A DNA stretch of 24,000 nt from Edaphocola sp. (GTDB lineage Bacteria; Bacteroidota; Bacteroidia; Chitinophagales; Chitinophagaceae), in contig DATJCU010000013.1 of assembly GCA_035497795.1 (NCBI GenBank), positions 22,274-46,273 on the forward strand. Reading direction: 5' to 3'. A program made the position numbers and the translations under genes. The first letter of the stretch is position 1. The number at the start of each line of letters is the position of its first letter. The notes beneath the pieces are model-generated. The model searched no databases. It was not told where the DNA came from and was given only the letters and a program-made list of their open reading frames with translations. Of the stretch, positions 8,102 to 15,947 are shown piece after piece.

Positions 8102-9262
8102 ATGAAACTCATATTATCCCTTTTCTTATCATTATTCATTATTGGGAATCTTAATGCACAAGATCAACCAGATTCTATAGAAATTAGCTTGCTGACCTGT
8201 GGTACAGGTGACGAGTTGTATTCCTTGTTTGGCCACTCAGCCGTACGAGTAGTGAATCATACTGCCCATACAGATGAAATATATAATTATGGATTATTTG
8301 ATTTTTGGGATCCAGATTTTTATGTAAAATTCACCACTGGTAAGCTTTTATATTTTGTAGGAAAAGATAACTATCTGAACTTTTTATATACTTATGAAGC
8401 TGAAAAAAGAAGTGTTATTGAACAGCAATTAAATGTAAATGAAAAACAAAAATTAGATATTATCCACTTCTTAGAGCAAAATCTTCTTCCTGAGAACAGA
8501 GCTTATAGATATGATTTCTTATTTGATAATTGTGCTACTCGAATACGAGACATTTTTCCAAAAGAATTAGGAAAAGATTTTAAATTTGGAAATGCAATAG
8601 CTACAGAGCAATCTATTTCTTTTAGAAATATTTTGAATGAATATCTAAAAAATAGCCATTGGGCTAGACTCGGTATAAATATTATTTTTGGCAATAAGGT
8701 CGATAAAAAAATGTCAAATGAAGCAGCAATGTTTTTACCTGACTTATTAATGGCTGGCATCAGCACCTCCACATTCCAAAATCAAGCTTTCGTCAGTAGT
8801 ACCCAACAGATACTCGAGGGAACGCATAAGACCAATCGTAGCTTAAATCAACCTTTATGGGTCATGATGTCGATTTTACTTATAACCATGGCGGTTTTCT
8901 TTTTTCCTAAATTAGAAAAGTTCAGAAAAATAATTGCATTCTTATTTTTATTTATTACAGGGATTTTAGGTTGTTTTCTGATTTTTGCATGGTTTGGAAC
9001 CGAGCATCAAACATTTAGTAATAATTTCAATTTATTATGGGCACTCCCATTCAATTTAATGGTCAGTTTTACTATTTTTAAAGCCAGATCATGGCATAAA
9101 AATTACAGTATTATTGCATTACTAGCTTTATCCTTATCTGTTTTAATTAGCCTTACAGGTATTCAAGAAATGCCTCTTTTAGAACTCATTCCATTTTTCT
9201 TCATAATGCTTTACACCTATCTATACCTAAATAAAAGATCAAAAGCAATTATAAAAAATTAA
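8102..9262 (+). CDS. DUF4105 / Lnb-like membrane protein (candidate Bacteroidota lipoprotein N-acyltransferase family)
   Basis: Signal peptide, then the DUF4105-type signature ISLLTCGTGDELYSLFGHSAVRV...IYNYGLFDF...KFTTGKLLY...YDFLFDNCATRIRD. The C-terminal third has 4-5 hydrophobic helices. Confidence 0.65.
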   Translation: MKLILSLFLSLFIIGNLNAQDQPDSIEISLLTCGTGDELYSLFGHSAVRVVNHTAHTDEIYNYGLFDFWDPDFYVKFTTGKLLYFVGKDNYLNFLYTYEAEKRSVIEQQLNVNEKQKLDIIHFLEQNLLPENRAYRYDFLFDNCATRIRDIFPKELGKDFKFGNAIATEQSISFRNILNEYLKNSHWARLGINIIFGNKVDKKMSNEAAMFLPDLLMAGISTSTFQNQAFVSSTQQILEGTHKTNRSLNQPLWVMMSILLITMAVFFFPKLEKFRKIIAFLFLFITGILGCFLIFAWFGTEHQTFSNNFNLLWALPFNLMVSFTIFKARSWHKNYSIIALLALSLSVLISLTGIQEMPLLELIPFFFIMLYTYLYLNKRSKAIIKN

Positions 9263-9343
9263 CCTAAAAATACGGCTAAAGCATTAATATTTAAACAAAT
9301 GACAATTCATAATTATTTGACAATTAGATTACATAATCATTAG

Positions 9344-9351
9344 TAACTTTG
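9344..9351 (+). promoter_or_regulatory. Candidate -7 box (TAACTTTG) for the response-regulator gene
   Basis: Matches TAnnTTTG, 49 nt upstream of the ATG at 9400. It is preceded by two copies of TGACAATT (9300-9307 and 9318-9325). Confidence 0.35.
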
Positions 9352-9399
9352 TTTGAAGCCTGATAAAAGAAGAAAGATTAAAAATACAAAAAGATTTAT

Positions 9400-10110
9400 A
9401 TGATACGAGTTGAAACAAAAGCATCGCTACTCTTAGTAGAAGATGAAGAAAGTTTAAGAGAAGGGTTAAAGTTAAATTTAGAATTAGATGATTATGAAGT
9501 AACTACGGCTGTAACGGGTATTGAAGCTATAAAAGCAGTAAAGCAAGAGTATTTTGATTTGATTATTCTTGATATTATGATTCCTGAAATGGATGGTTTA
9601 ACGGTTTGTGAAAATATAAGATTACAAAATATTGATGTTCCAATCTTATTCTTATCAGCCCGAAACACAAGTAATGATCGTATTGAAGGTTTAAAAAAAG
9701 GTGGTGATGACTATTTAACCAAACCTTTTGATCTTGAAGAATTATTGATAAGAGTGGATAAACTTATTACTAAAAGCAAAAAGATGAAAGATAGAAACAA
9801 TGTCGCTGATGTTTATTCCTTTGGAAAATGTCAGGTGGATTTTGTGGCGCAAGAAGCTAAAGATAAGGATGGCAAAAATATAGAACTGAGTAAGAAAGAA
9901 GTTGCACTATTAAAACTGCTGGTGGAACATAAAAATGAAGTAGTAAGTAGAGAGCATATCTTACAAGCTGTTTGGGGTTACAATGTTTATCCAACTACAA
10001 GAACGATTGACAACTTTATTCTAAATTTTAGAAAGTATTTTGAAAAAGATAGTCGTAATCCAAAACATTTTCATTCGGTAAGAGGAGTTGGTTACAAGTT
10101 TACTGAATAA
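9400..10110 (+). CDS. OmpR/PhoB-family response regulator (REC + winged-helix Trans_reg_C)
   Basis: Acidic pocket LLVEDEE, phospho-acceptor context LIILDIMIPEMDG, conserved Lys in DDYLTKPF. DNA-binding domain LSKKEVALLKLL...TRTIDNFILNFRKYF...VRGVGYKF. Confidence 0.92.
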   Translation: MIRVETKASLLLVEDEESLREGLKLNLELDDYEVTTAVTGIEAIKAVKQEYFDLIILDIMIPEMDGLTVCENIRLQNIDVPILFLSARNTSNDRIEGLKKGGDDYLTKPFDLEELLIRVDKLITKSKKMKDRNNVADVYSFGKCQVDFVAQEAKDKDGKNIELSKKEVALLKLLVEHKNEVVSREHILQAVWGYNVYPTTRTIDNFILNFRKYFEKDSRNPKHFHSVRGVGYKFTE

Positions 10111-10134
10111 ACAATATTTTTGTAAATATTGTTT
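10109..10134. promoter_or_regulatory. Perfect 11-bp inverted repeat (AAACAATATTT-ttgt-AAATATTGTTT) enclosing a -7-like box
   Basis: Arms at 10109-10119 and 10124-10134 are exact reverse complements. TATTTTTG (10115-10122) matches TAnnTTTG. The 9-mer TTTGTAAAT recurs at 10119-10127 and 10132-10140. No T run follows, and the stem is almost all A/T. Confidence 0.4.
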
Positions 10135-10190
10135 GTAAATTTAATGAAAAGTACTACTTTTAAACTTTAAAAAGTAGTCAAAGAAGAATT

Positions 10191-10490
10191 ATGAAAAAAT
10201 ATTTATTATTAGGTATAGCAAGTACCTTCCTGGCTCTCTCTTGTGATCCAGATAGAAAGATGGTAAAAGCTACAATCGTTGATTCAGGAGACTTTTCTGA
10301 AGAAGGATGTGGTTATCTATTTGTTTTACCAGATAGTGCTTATTTGAAACCTACTTATCTAGATGCAGCATATCAACATGACGGATTAAAAGTTAAAATA
10401 CAATATACTTTCACTGGACTAATCGATACTTGTGATTATGGCGCGAAAGTGTATGAAATGGTTACCGTTCGGAAGATTAAAAAAGATTAA
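10191..10490 (+). CDS. Small lipoprotein, function unknown
   Basis: Signal peptide with lipobox LALSC. The 99-aa ORF is followed by a strong terminator. I recognise no domain. Confidence 0.7.
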   Translation: MKKYLLLGIASTFLALSCDPDRKMVKATIVDSGDFSEEGCGYLFVLPDSAYLKPTYLDAAYQHDGLKVKIQYTFTGLIDTCDYGAKVYEMVTVRKIKKD

Positions 10491-10497
10491 TGAATTG

Positions 10498-10530
10498 AAA
10501 AGAGTGCTAAATTTAGCACTCTTTTTTTAT
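10498..10530. terminator. Rho-independent terminator, probably bidirectional, between convergent genes
   Basis: Perfect 22-nt palindrome agagtgctaaa/tttagcactct (10501-10522). It is flanked by AAA upstream and six T (10523-10528) downstream, 8 nt after the lipoprotein stop. On the minus strand the hairpin is followed by TTTTC, about 90 nt downstream of the NRDE gene stop. Confidence 0.8.
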
Positions 10531-10611
10531 CGTTTTTCAAATCAAAAATTTAACTATAAAATGTGCGTTAAAAACATTGAGTTTAAATCAGACTTACCGA
10601 AATCTATCCTA

Positions 10612-11379
10612 TCACAATTTAATTTCAAATTGAAGGTCAACTTCCTTTGAGTGTGTTTCTGAATAGCTTCGTTCAGTAAAATAAATATTCTTATCATTAT
10701 CTTGTAATAATAAGGTAGAACATCGTGTTCCATAATTGGGTGTTTCGATAAAAATTGAAGAAACTTCCTTTTCTAATTCAGGACTTAATCCTGTCTTGGG
10801 TAGTAAATCTTCAGCAGCTTTTTCTTTATTATTTAAAATTGAAAACAAGTCTTCAGATGCTATTTTATTTTGTTGTAAGGCTTCGATAAACAAAGCCTTT
10901 ATCTTTTTAGTTTTTGGCCAAGGTGTATTTAGCAAGGCATTACTCAATACATGAATGCCTGGTTGAATAATAGTAATTAAATGAGTTACATTAGAATAAT
11001 GATATATTCCTTGCTCATCCGACAGTAATAAATTGAACCCATTAAAAAGAGATGCTGTTTTTTGTAAATTGCTCAAATAATCGATTGCGGAAATCTCCGT
11101 TTTAAGAAAATCTAAGACCAAATGACCTCTTGATGGAGCATCTTCCTTAATGTTTTGTATAGCTCTATAATTGGTTAATGCGCCCCAACGGCCTTTTTCT
11201 TGAAGTCCAAGCCAAGTTCCACCAGCTTCTAAATCTTTACCCGCTAAAATTCCAGGAAACCTTTCTGCTTCCCAAAACTGAGCTTTCCGAGTAGCTCTTT
11301 GATAAAACTCATCTCTATTTGATATAAATATCAAAGGATATTTTGGATGAACTTTATAAGCAAAAGCGAGAACACACAT
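10612..11379 (-). CDS. NRDE-family protein (TANGO2/DUF833 homolog)
   Basis: Family hallmark N-terminus MCVLAF... (Cys2), the eponymous motif FISNRDEF, and a typical ~255-aa size. Confidence 0.85.
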   Translation of the reverse strand: MCVLAFAYKVHPKYPLIFISNRDEFYQRATRKAQFWEAERFPGILAGKDLEAGGTWLGLQEKGRWGALTNYRAIQNIKEDAPSRGHLVLDFLKTEISAIDYLSNLQKTASLFNGFNLLLSDEQGIYHYSNVTHLITIIQPGIHVLSNALLNTPWPKTKKIKALFIEALQQNKIASEDLFSILNNKEKAAEDLLPKTGLSPELEKEVSSIFIETPNYGTRCSTLLLQDNDKNIYFTERSYSETHSKEVDLQFEIKL

Positions 11380-11410
11380 TTTACAATCTCATTTCTAAAT
11401 GTCTATGATA

Positions 11411-12079
11411 TTATTGACCATCACTTTGTAATTGTCTGATATCTTTTATCATTTGATTGACAGAAGCCATATCTGTACCATTATAAGGTCTTACTCTTCC
11501 ATCCTTATCCATATGTGCTCTTACCCTATGGCTTCTATCCACTAGAACAAAATTTTCGGTATGAATAAATTTCTCTTTTATATCAGTATCAGAAGAATCA
11601 ATTGCTGAGACTAAATAACTATATTCTGCCTGATTATATAATTCTTCCTTATCGCCGGTTAAAAACATCCAATGCTTACTGTCTGCATCAAACCCTTTGG
11701 CAAACTCTTTTAATGCGCCTACAGTGTCTCTCTTAGGATCAACGGTATGACTAATAATTACGACATCATCGTCATTCTTAAAGGTACTATACACTTCTGC
11801 CATATTCTCATTCATAGTTGGGCATATGCCTTTACAAGTAGTAAAAAAATATTCAACAACAAGAATTTTACCTTTTAGCGTTTCTAAGCTAATGGTATCT
11901 CCATCTTGGTTCAAAAATGAGAAATCTCTAACTTTATGGTCCTCCTCTCCTAAGTAAGCTAATTCTTTTGGTGCTCTAGCTTCTGCGGTCATATTATTAT
12001 AATAGAATGCAAACACTGCCATAATAGCTATAAAAAATGCAATAAGAAAAATTCCGGTTTTTTTTGTTGTTGGTTTCAT
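11411..12079 (-). CDS. SCO1/SenC-family copper chaperone / thiol-disulfide oxidoreductase (thioredoxin fold)
   Basis: N-terminal membrane anchor, CxxxC motif FFTTCKGICPTM, downstream ISHTVDPKRDT block, and a conserved His region (FIHTENFVLVD). Confidence 0.88.
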   Translation of the reverse strand: MKPTTKKTGIFLIAFFIAIMAVFAFYYNNMTAEARAPKELAYLGEEDHKVRDFSFLNQDGDTISLETLKGKILVVEYFFTTCKGICPTMNENMAEVYSTFKNDDDVVIISHTVDPKRDTVGALKEFAKGFDADSKHWMFLTGDKEELYNQAEYSYLVSAIDSSDTDIKEKFIHTENFVLVDRSHRVRAHMDKDGRVRPYNGTDMASVNQMIKDIRQLQSDGQ

Positions 12080-12109
12080 GATTTAATTTAATTCAATAAA
12101 AAAGAAAAA

Positions 12110-12117
12110 CAAAGTTA
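12110..12117 (-). promoter_or_regulatory. Candidate -7 box (TAACTTTG on minus strand) for the SCO-NRDE gene pair
   Basis: Matches TAnnTTTG, 30 nt upstream of the ATG at 12079. It lies downstream of the terminator at 12204-12243, consistent with a separate transcription unit. Confidence 0.4.
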
Positions 12118-12203
12118 GTCCTTTTCAAAATGAAAAATCTATAAAGATAACTAAAAGTTAAGGTGGCTATGGTATATATGGACTCCTTTCAAATTCAATT
12201 TCC

Positions 12204-12243
12204 AATAAAAAAATAGAGCAACCATTTTATGTATTGCTCTATT
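12204..12243 (-). terminator. Rho-independent terminator of the type B cargo gene
   Basis: 10-bp stem aatagagcaa (12212-12221) / ttgctctatt (12234-12243) with a 12-nt loop. On the minus strand it is followed by TTTTTATT. It starts 26 nt downstream of the TAA stop at 12269-12271. Confidence 0.65.
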
Positions 12244-12268
12244 ATTATTAAATTTAAATATTAAGGTC

Positions 12269-15200
12269 TTATCTCATCAAGCTGACATCACCTTTAAAGG
12301 TTTTCATTTCTTTATTTGGTAATTCTATTGTTATGATATACATATATACACCTTGTTCACAAATTTTACCATTATTTTCATCTATTCCATCCCATCCAAT
12401 TAATGGATCATTGGTGAAGAACACTCGCTTACCCCAACGGTTGTAAACTTCAAACTTTTGTATTTTTTGATATTTACCATTAGGAATAATAAACAAATCA
12501 TTTTTTCCATCTCCGTTTGGTGTAAACGCATTTGGCATAATCGGATCATAAGGATACTTGACATCTAAATAAATAGAGACTGTATCTTTACATCCATACT
12601 GATCAATACCTGTTACATAATAATAGCCAGGTTCCTTTACAGGAAGTGTAGTAGGATATTGAAGTGTTGGATCTGTGTATTTTTCAATTGGCAACCAAGT
12701 ATATAAATAGGCACCTTGAGCGGACATTGGCACTTCATCCAAATAGTTTACGACCGTACCACTTGGAGGCAATACATCAGTAAATTCAAATGGAGGTCTT
12801 ACTCTAATAATAATCTTATGATTAGACTGACAATTAGCTAAAGGCGTTCTTGCACTAAAGATATAAGTATAAACGCCAACTGGTAATTTAAAATAGTTAG
12901 AAGCTATATTTCCAGCTCTTAAACCTGTAGGCGGATTCCAATTATAAATATAATTTACAGTATCAGGACTCACAACTACTGGTAATGGTACAGAATCCAC
13001 TACACACACTATGGTATCAGAAGACATACTTATTACAGGATATTGCTCCACCAAAGCATGGAATGTATGCGAATTGGGAGGACAAGTTTCAGGTGCTCCT
13101 GGTTGGGTTGCAGTAATAGTGAAATCTCTAGAAGTTAACAAAGTTGGGTTAATAACCAAACTTCCTGTATTAAACTCAGAAGGTGACCAAGAGAAATCCA
13201 AACCAGTATCAACATTTCCTGTAATTGAAATCTGTGTTCCTGGGCAATAAGCTGGTAATGGAGTAGAAATACCCACTCGGATAGAGTCCATAATATATAC
13301 TGTATCTCTACGAACCACACTTTGAACATTCCCGTTTATCGTTTCACATCCACATGGATTTAATGCCTCAATTATTGCCATTTTAGGACCTGTAGGCATA
13401 TTAGGTACTAATAGGGGTTTAATTTCTATCGTTTTTTGAGTTTCCATTGCATTAAATACTAAGGAATCTTCAATATATTGATAATCTGTTCCATTAAAAG
13501 CAGCATCAGGTCCTGTTTCAATAATATTAAATCTTAATACCATCGGAACAGTAGTATCTCCTCCTCTCTTATAGTGTATAAATGCTGATTTACAGCCTCT
13601 TACAGCGTGTGGTGTACTACCGTAACCTGCATATCCAGACTCAACATAAGCGTCAATGGTAGATATTTGAAAATCAAATTTAAAATTAACAATATCGTTA
13701 GTGCTTCCATTTAATTTATTTGGTGCATAAACGTTGGGTGGATAAGTAACCCAAGTTCCATTAGACCCTGCATAACATACAGACTGATAAATGGCACCAT
13801 GTTTATCAATTCTTGAAACACCTGGATGAAAGTGGTCACCGGTTGCCGATGAACCATAATAACTTCCAAAGGCTAGACCTCCAAAATTCGGTTTAAATGC
13901 TGCAAAATAGAATCCTCTTGGATTAGTTTGGAAAGCATCTATTGTAGTCGGCATCCCTTGTTGGTGGGAATTATTCGTAATAGTAGCCACCAATATATTT
14001 CCACATATATCCACCATCATAGCGGCAGGAACGATTGATGCATTAGATGCTCCTGTTCTGGTTGAAGCCATTGAACTGGATAGCGTAGGGGTTAATTTAT
14101 CTAAGAAGATATATCCATTAGCTACTAAACCTTGCGCTACAGTATTGGTAACTGGATAAGCACCATTAGTTCTACCGGCAACGAAAAAGTTATTTCCACA
14201 GTCAAAAGCTAAACGACAAGCAACATCGTTTGAGGTCGTTCCTAAATAAGTTGAATATTGCAATTGATAGGTTGTATTGCTAAACAAAGCCGCAAATCCA
14301 TCATCTCCTCCCTTTGCACCCATATTATATGCTCCTGTTGTTGTAGGAAAGTTAGTACTTAATGTTTGCCCCACAACGCCTACAGTATTGTTATTTTCAT
14401 TAAACTCTATACCTAATCCACCATCCCAAGCATTACCTCCAAAATAGGTTCCATATAACATAGCAGTTAAATCAGAACTCATTTTCACGATATAGGCATC
14501 ATGGCTTCCTCCTAAAGTTGATTGATATGCATTTCCTGTTACTGGGAAGTTAGTGGAACCTGTATTTCCTGTAACCCAAACGCTTCCAGCATCATCAAAA
14601 GCAATATTAATGGGATTTAATGGATCACCTTGTGCAGTATTTCCAGTATATACATTAGTTGATTTATTTAAGGATCCTTCTTGTCCTGAACCTCCTAAAT
14701 AGGTACTTGCTAATAAGGTAGTGCCTGTAGGATTAAACTTTGCGATAAAGGCGTCTGAACCTCCACTCATGGTAGTTTGAAAAGCTCCTGTAGTGGTTGG
14801 CATTGTAGAATTAGAAATTGTTCCCGCCACATACAAATCATTATTATGATCCACTCTCATGGTATTAGGCATGGCGTTACCAGAAGTGGCATTTCCACCA
14901 AAATAGGTAGAAAACAATAATTGTGTCCCATCATATTTATATTTATTAATAGCTCCAATAAATGAACCTGCCATAGTAGTTTGATAAGAACCTGTAGTTA
15001 CTGGCCATCCAGCAGAATAAGCTAAGCCAGCTGCATATCCATTGCCATCATTATCATAAGCTGCGGAATTCGCATATTTTGCACTAGACCCAGTGGATCC
15101 ACTATAAGTTGCATATACTAAGTCTGGATCTATATATAAAGTTTGACTTTTATCATAACCATTAGGAAATTCAAAAGACAATACATTATTAATCAATTTG

Positions 15201-15931
15201 TACTTACTAGCTACAGTCACCTTTTGATTATTAATGATTTGATAACTGTAAGGTGCTTTTTCAACCAATTTATTTAAACTGGTTTGAAAAATTAAGTCAC
15301 CATTTGCAGAAACAGTAGGTCTTACGCCATCAAATGATAATCTTATTTGATTGGGATCAACTTGTGGAGCAACAATAAAATCATATTTTAAGTTTCCACG
15401 ATCACTCTCCCAATAAACAGACAAGTCAACTCCACTATAAACATTTTTTTGGGTTACTTCTCCAAATAAACCAACATTCGAAGCCCATTTTGAAGGATCA
15501 TTTCCAATATAATAGTTATTATAATTACTTCTTTTTTGAGTAGTTAAAAATTCAGATTGTTGATTGGAACCAATAAAATTTACTTTATAGGCATGCATTC
15601 TAATCAAATCATTTGACACGTCTGCTCCATCAATTGCAGTAGGTCCACATATTTTACTGTGACTATTGTCTAAATCTTGCTGACTAAAATAATTATAAAC
15701 AAATCCTCTTTGTGTTAAAAACATAACACCACCATTAATTTCAGCTTTATATTTTACATCTGAAATCCACTGCCCTTTATTTTCAATAAAAGAAACATGG
15801 GATTCAGCGGATTGATTAATATTAAATGGAGCTATGCCATCATGTTCATGAGCAAAACTAATTATTGGCAATATATGCCAAATAAAAAATAAAAAATAAA
15901 AGCATTGCGCTTTTTTAACAAAAACTTTCAT
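12269..15931 (-). CDS. Large secreted SBBP beta-propeller-repeat / Calx-beta-like protein with T9SS type B (gliding-motility-associated) C-terminal sorting domain
   Basis: Signal peptide and an N-terminal FIENKGQW-type region. Repeated blades: STYFGGNATSGN, STYLGGSGQEGS, GTYFGGNAWDGG, STYLGTTSNDVA, GSYYGSSATGDH. Calx-beta-like AAFNGTDYQYIEDSLVFNAMETQKTIEIKPL. Type B CTD FTPNGDGKNDLF...VYNRWGKRVF...GWDG...GVYMY. Confidence 0.88.
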   Translation of the reverse strand: MKVFVKKAQCFYFLFFIWHILPIISFAHEHDGIAPFNINQSAESHVSFIENKGQWISDVKYKAEINGGVMFLTQRGFVYNYFSQQDLDNSHSKICGPTAIDGADVSNDLIRMHAYKVNFIGSNQQSEFLTTQKRSNYNNYYIGNDPSKWASNVGLFGEVTQKNVYSGVDLSVYWESDRGNLKYDFIVAPQVDPNQIRLSFDGVRPTVSANGDLIFQTSLNKLVEKAPYSYQIINNQKVTVASKYKLINNVLSFEFPNGYDKSQTLYIDPDLVYATYSGSTGSSAKYANSAAYDNDGNGYAAGLAYSAGWPVTTGSYQTTMAGSFIGAINKYKYDGTQLLFSTYFGGNATSGNAMPNTMRVDHNNDLYVAGTISNSTMPTTTGAFQTTMSGGSDAFIAKFNPTGTTLLASTYLGGSGQEGSLNKSTNVYTGNTAQGDPLNPINIAFDDAGSVWVTGNTGSTNFPVTGNAYQSTLGGSHDAYIVKMSSDLTAMLYGTYFGGNAWDGGLGIEFNENNNTVGVVGQTLSTNFPTTTGAYNMGAKGGDDGFAALFSNTTYQLQYSTYLGTTSNDVACRLAFDCGNNFFVAGRTNGAYPVTNTVAQGLVANGYIFLDKLTPTLSSSMASTRTGASNASIVPAAMMVDICGNILVATITNNSHQQGMPTTIDAFQTNPRGFYFAAFKPNFGGLAFGSYYGSSATGDHFHPGVSRIDKHGAIYQSVCYAGSNGTWVTYPPNVYAPNKLNGSTNDIVNFKFDFQISTIDAYVESGYAGYGSTPHAVRGCKSAFIHYKRGGDTTVPMVLRFNIIETGPDAAFNGTDYQYIEDSLVFNAMETQKTIEIKPLLVPNMPTGPKMAIIEALNPCGCETINGNVQSVVRRDTVYIMDSIRVGISTPLPAYCPGTQISITGNVDTGLDFSWSPSEFNTGSLVINPTLLTSRDFTITATQPGAPETCPPNSHTFHALVEQYPVISMSSDTIVCVVDSVPLPVVVSPDTVNYIYNWNPPTGLRAGNIASNYFKLPVGVYTYIFSARTPLANCQSNHKIIIRVRPPFEFTDVLPPSGTVVNYLDEVPMSAQGAYLYTWLPIEKYTDPTLQYPTTLPVKEPGYYYVTGIDQYGCKDTVSIYLDVKYPYDPIMPNAFTPNGDGKNDLFIIPNGKYQKIQKFEVYNRWGKRVFFTNDPLIGWDGIDENNGKICEQGVYMYIITIELPNKEMKTFKGDVSLMR
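12272..12535 (-). other. Region encoding T9SS type B C-terminal sorting domain
   Basis: Last 88 aa: PNAFTPNGDGKNDLFIIP...FEVYNRWGKRVFFTNDPLIGWDGIDENNGKICEQGVYMYIITIE... Confidence 0.88.
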
Positions 15932-15947
15932 AATGAAAAAATTTAAT

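Noticed and set aside
8503-8772. 89-aa minus-strand ORF inside the DUF4105/Lnb-like gene
   Set aside because: It is antisense to a supported CDS, with no recognisable features.
10432-10650. 72-aa plus-strand ORF spanning the lipoprotein gene end, the terminator and the NRDE gene end
   Set aside because: It would have to be translated through a perfect 22-nt terminator palindrome and overlaps two supported genes. It is implausible as a gene.
10736-10954. 72-aa plus-strand ORF inside the NRDE gene
   Set aside because: It is an antisense shadow ORF with no supporting signal.
13011-13329. Short ORFs (13011-13250 plus strand, 13135-13329 minus strand) within the 1220-aa gene
   Set aside because: They lie antisense or out of frame inside a long CDS that has domains recognisable from end to end.
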